Source: an uncultured Chloroflexia bacterium (GTDB lineage: Bacteria; Chloroflexota; Anaerolineae; Anaerolineales; Anaerolineaceae). Taken from it: a stretch of 32,000 nt of DNA. The translations under genes were made by a program, and so were the position numbers. Of the stretch, positions 31,482 through 32,000 are shown one piece after another (positions within the stretch are counted from its first letter, which is position 1; every line of letters starts with the position of its first letter). The notes beneath the pieces were generated by a model. It was not told where the DNA came from, made no database searches, and saw only the letters and a program-made list of their open reading frames with translations. The stretch lies in the NCBI GenBank assembly GCA_963704755.1, contig OY969938.1, forward strand, positions 3,900,001 through 3,932,000. The letters are read 5' to 3'.

Positions 31482-32000
31482 TTATATAACTTTCAAATTG
31501 CGGCCGACCTGGGCAAATTTCTCCAGGGCGATATCCAAATCGGCGCGGCTGTGGGCGGCCGAGATCATCACCCGGATGCGGGCCTTGCCCTTGGGCACGG
31601 TCGGGTAGCCGATTGACATAGCAAAAATGCCTTCTTCATACAGGTCGCGGCTGAATTGCTGCGCCAGAGGCGCCTCGCCTAGCATGACCGGCGTGATGGG
31701 AGTAACGCTGTGGCCGGTATCGAAGCCCAAATTCTTCATCTCTTCTTTGAAATAGCGAGCATTTTCCCATAGACGGTCCACCAACTCGGTGGATTCTTCC
31801 AGCAGGTCGATGGCGGCGATGGTGGCAGCCACATCCGGGGGTGTCACCGCGGAGGAGAACAGGAACGGCCGCCCGCGCTGGCGCAGCCACTCGACGATGA
31901 GTGCGTTGCCGGCCACCACACCGCCAACCACGCCAAACGCCTTGGAGAGTGTGCCGATTTCCACGTCCACCTTGCCGTGCAGGTGGAAATGATCGACGAT
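31482..32000 (-). CDS. kbl: PLP-dependent alpha-oxoamine synthase, glycine C-acetyltransferase (Kbl)-like, C-terminal part (gene continues beyond the right edge)
   Basis: GTLSKAFG (PLP-lysine motif) and C-terminus [41 protein letters not shown] closely resemble the Kbl tail (..PKGQARIR..MSAAH..). BioF cannot be excluded without a search. Confidence 0.7.
   Translation of the reverse strand: MVDHFHLHGKVDVEIGTLSKAFGVVGGVVAGNALIVEWLRQRGRPFLFSSAVTPPDVAATIAAIDLLEESTELVDRLWENARYFKEEMKNLGFDTGHSVTPITPVMLGEAPLAQQFSRDLYEEGIFAMSIGYPTVPKGKARIRVMISAAHSRADLDIALEKFAQVGRNLKVI

Noticed and set aside
31131-31616. ORFs 30892..31371, 31227..31616, 31061..31306 and 31131..31400 across the sufE-kbl spacer
   Set aside because: They are translations of the terminator and the R1/R2 repeat elements (PLSRFWERGWGEG-type peptides) and overlap real genes out of frame. 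None has an RBS.

Overview
High-GC (about 55-62%) bacterial chromosomal segment. The proteins (class I short XylA, GroEL, many TPR and Pro/Thr-linker proteins) suggest a Chloroflexota/Anaerolineae-like organism, but that is inference only. I support 30 protein-coding genes. Left to right: a partial MFS gene; a xylR(ROK)-xylA-xylB xylose operon with promoter and palindromic operator; on the minus strand a natA-like ABC ATPase, two NatB-like ABC-2 permeases (the first frameshifted) and a VanZ-like membrane protein; a minus-strand BMP-family ABC uptake operon (lipoprotein SBP, double ATPase, two permeases); trmD plus an MFS/GPH-like transporter; a low-GC islet with two zinc-ribbon proteins; two tandem membrane-anchored TPR paralogues; CIRCE-controlled groES-groEL; a parvulin-type PPIase lipoprotein plus a hypothetical anchored protein; a macro-domain / TrmH-SpoU methyltransferase / DUF711 operon; rpmI-rplT; rhodanese-SufE; and the 3' part of a kbl-like aminotransferase. 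I see no rRNA, tRNA, CRISPR array, transposase, integrase or recognisable defence gene. The features that coding annotation does not explain are: (1) nearly every intergenic region is a mosaic of at least four repeat families: long perfect palindromes centred on GCGAAGC, a hairpin plus TTGGGGTGAGGG-tail element, a GTAG-flanked REP-like cluster, and a GCCTGAGCAGT box; (2) three genes have a -10 box 6-7 nt upstream of the ATG and no Shine-Dalgarno, suggesting leaderless mRNAs; (3) the roughly 1.5 kb low-GC two-gene zinc-ribbon islet is followed by about 640 nt of non-coding DNA ending in an orphan terminator; (4) one ABC-2 permease carries a +1 frame disruption. All coordinates were read by hand from the sequence. 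Family assignments come from motif recognition, not from searches.
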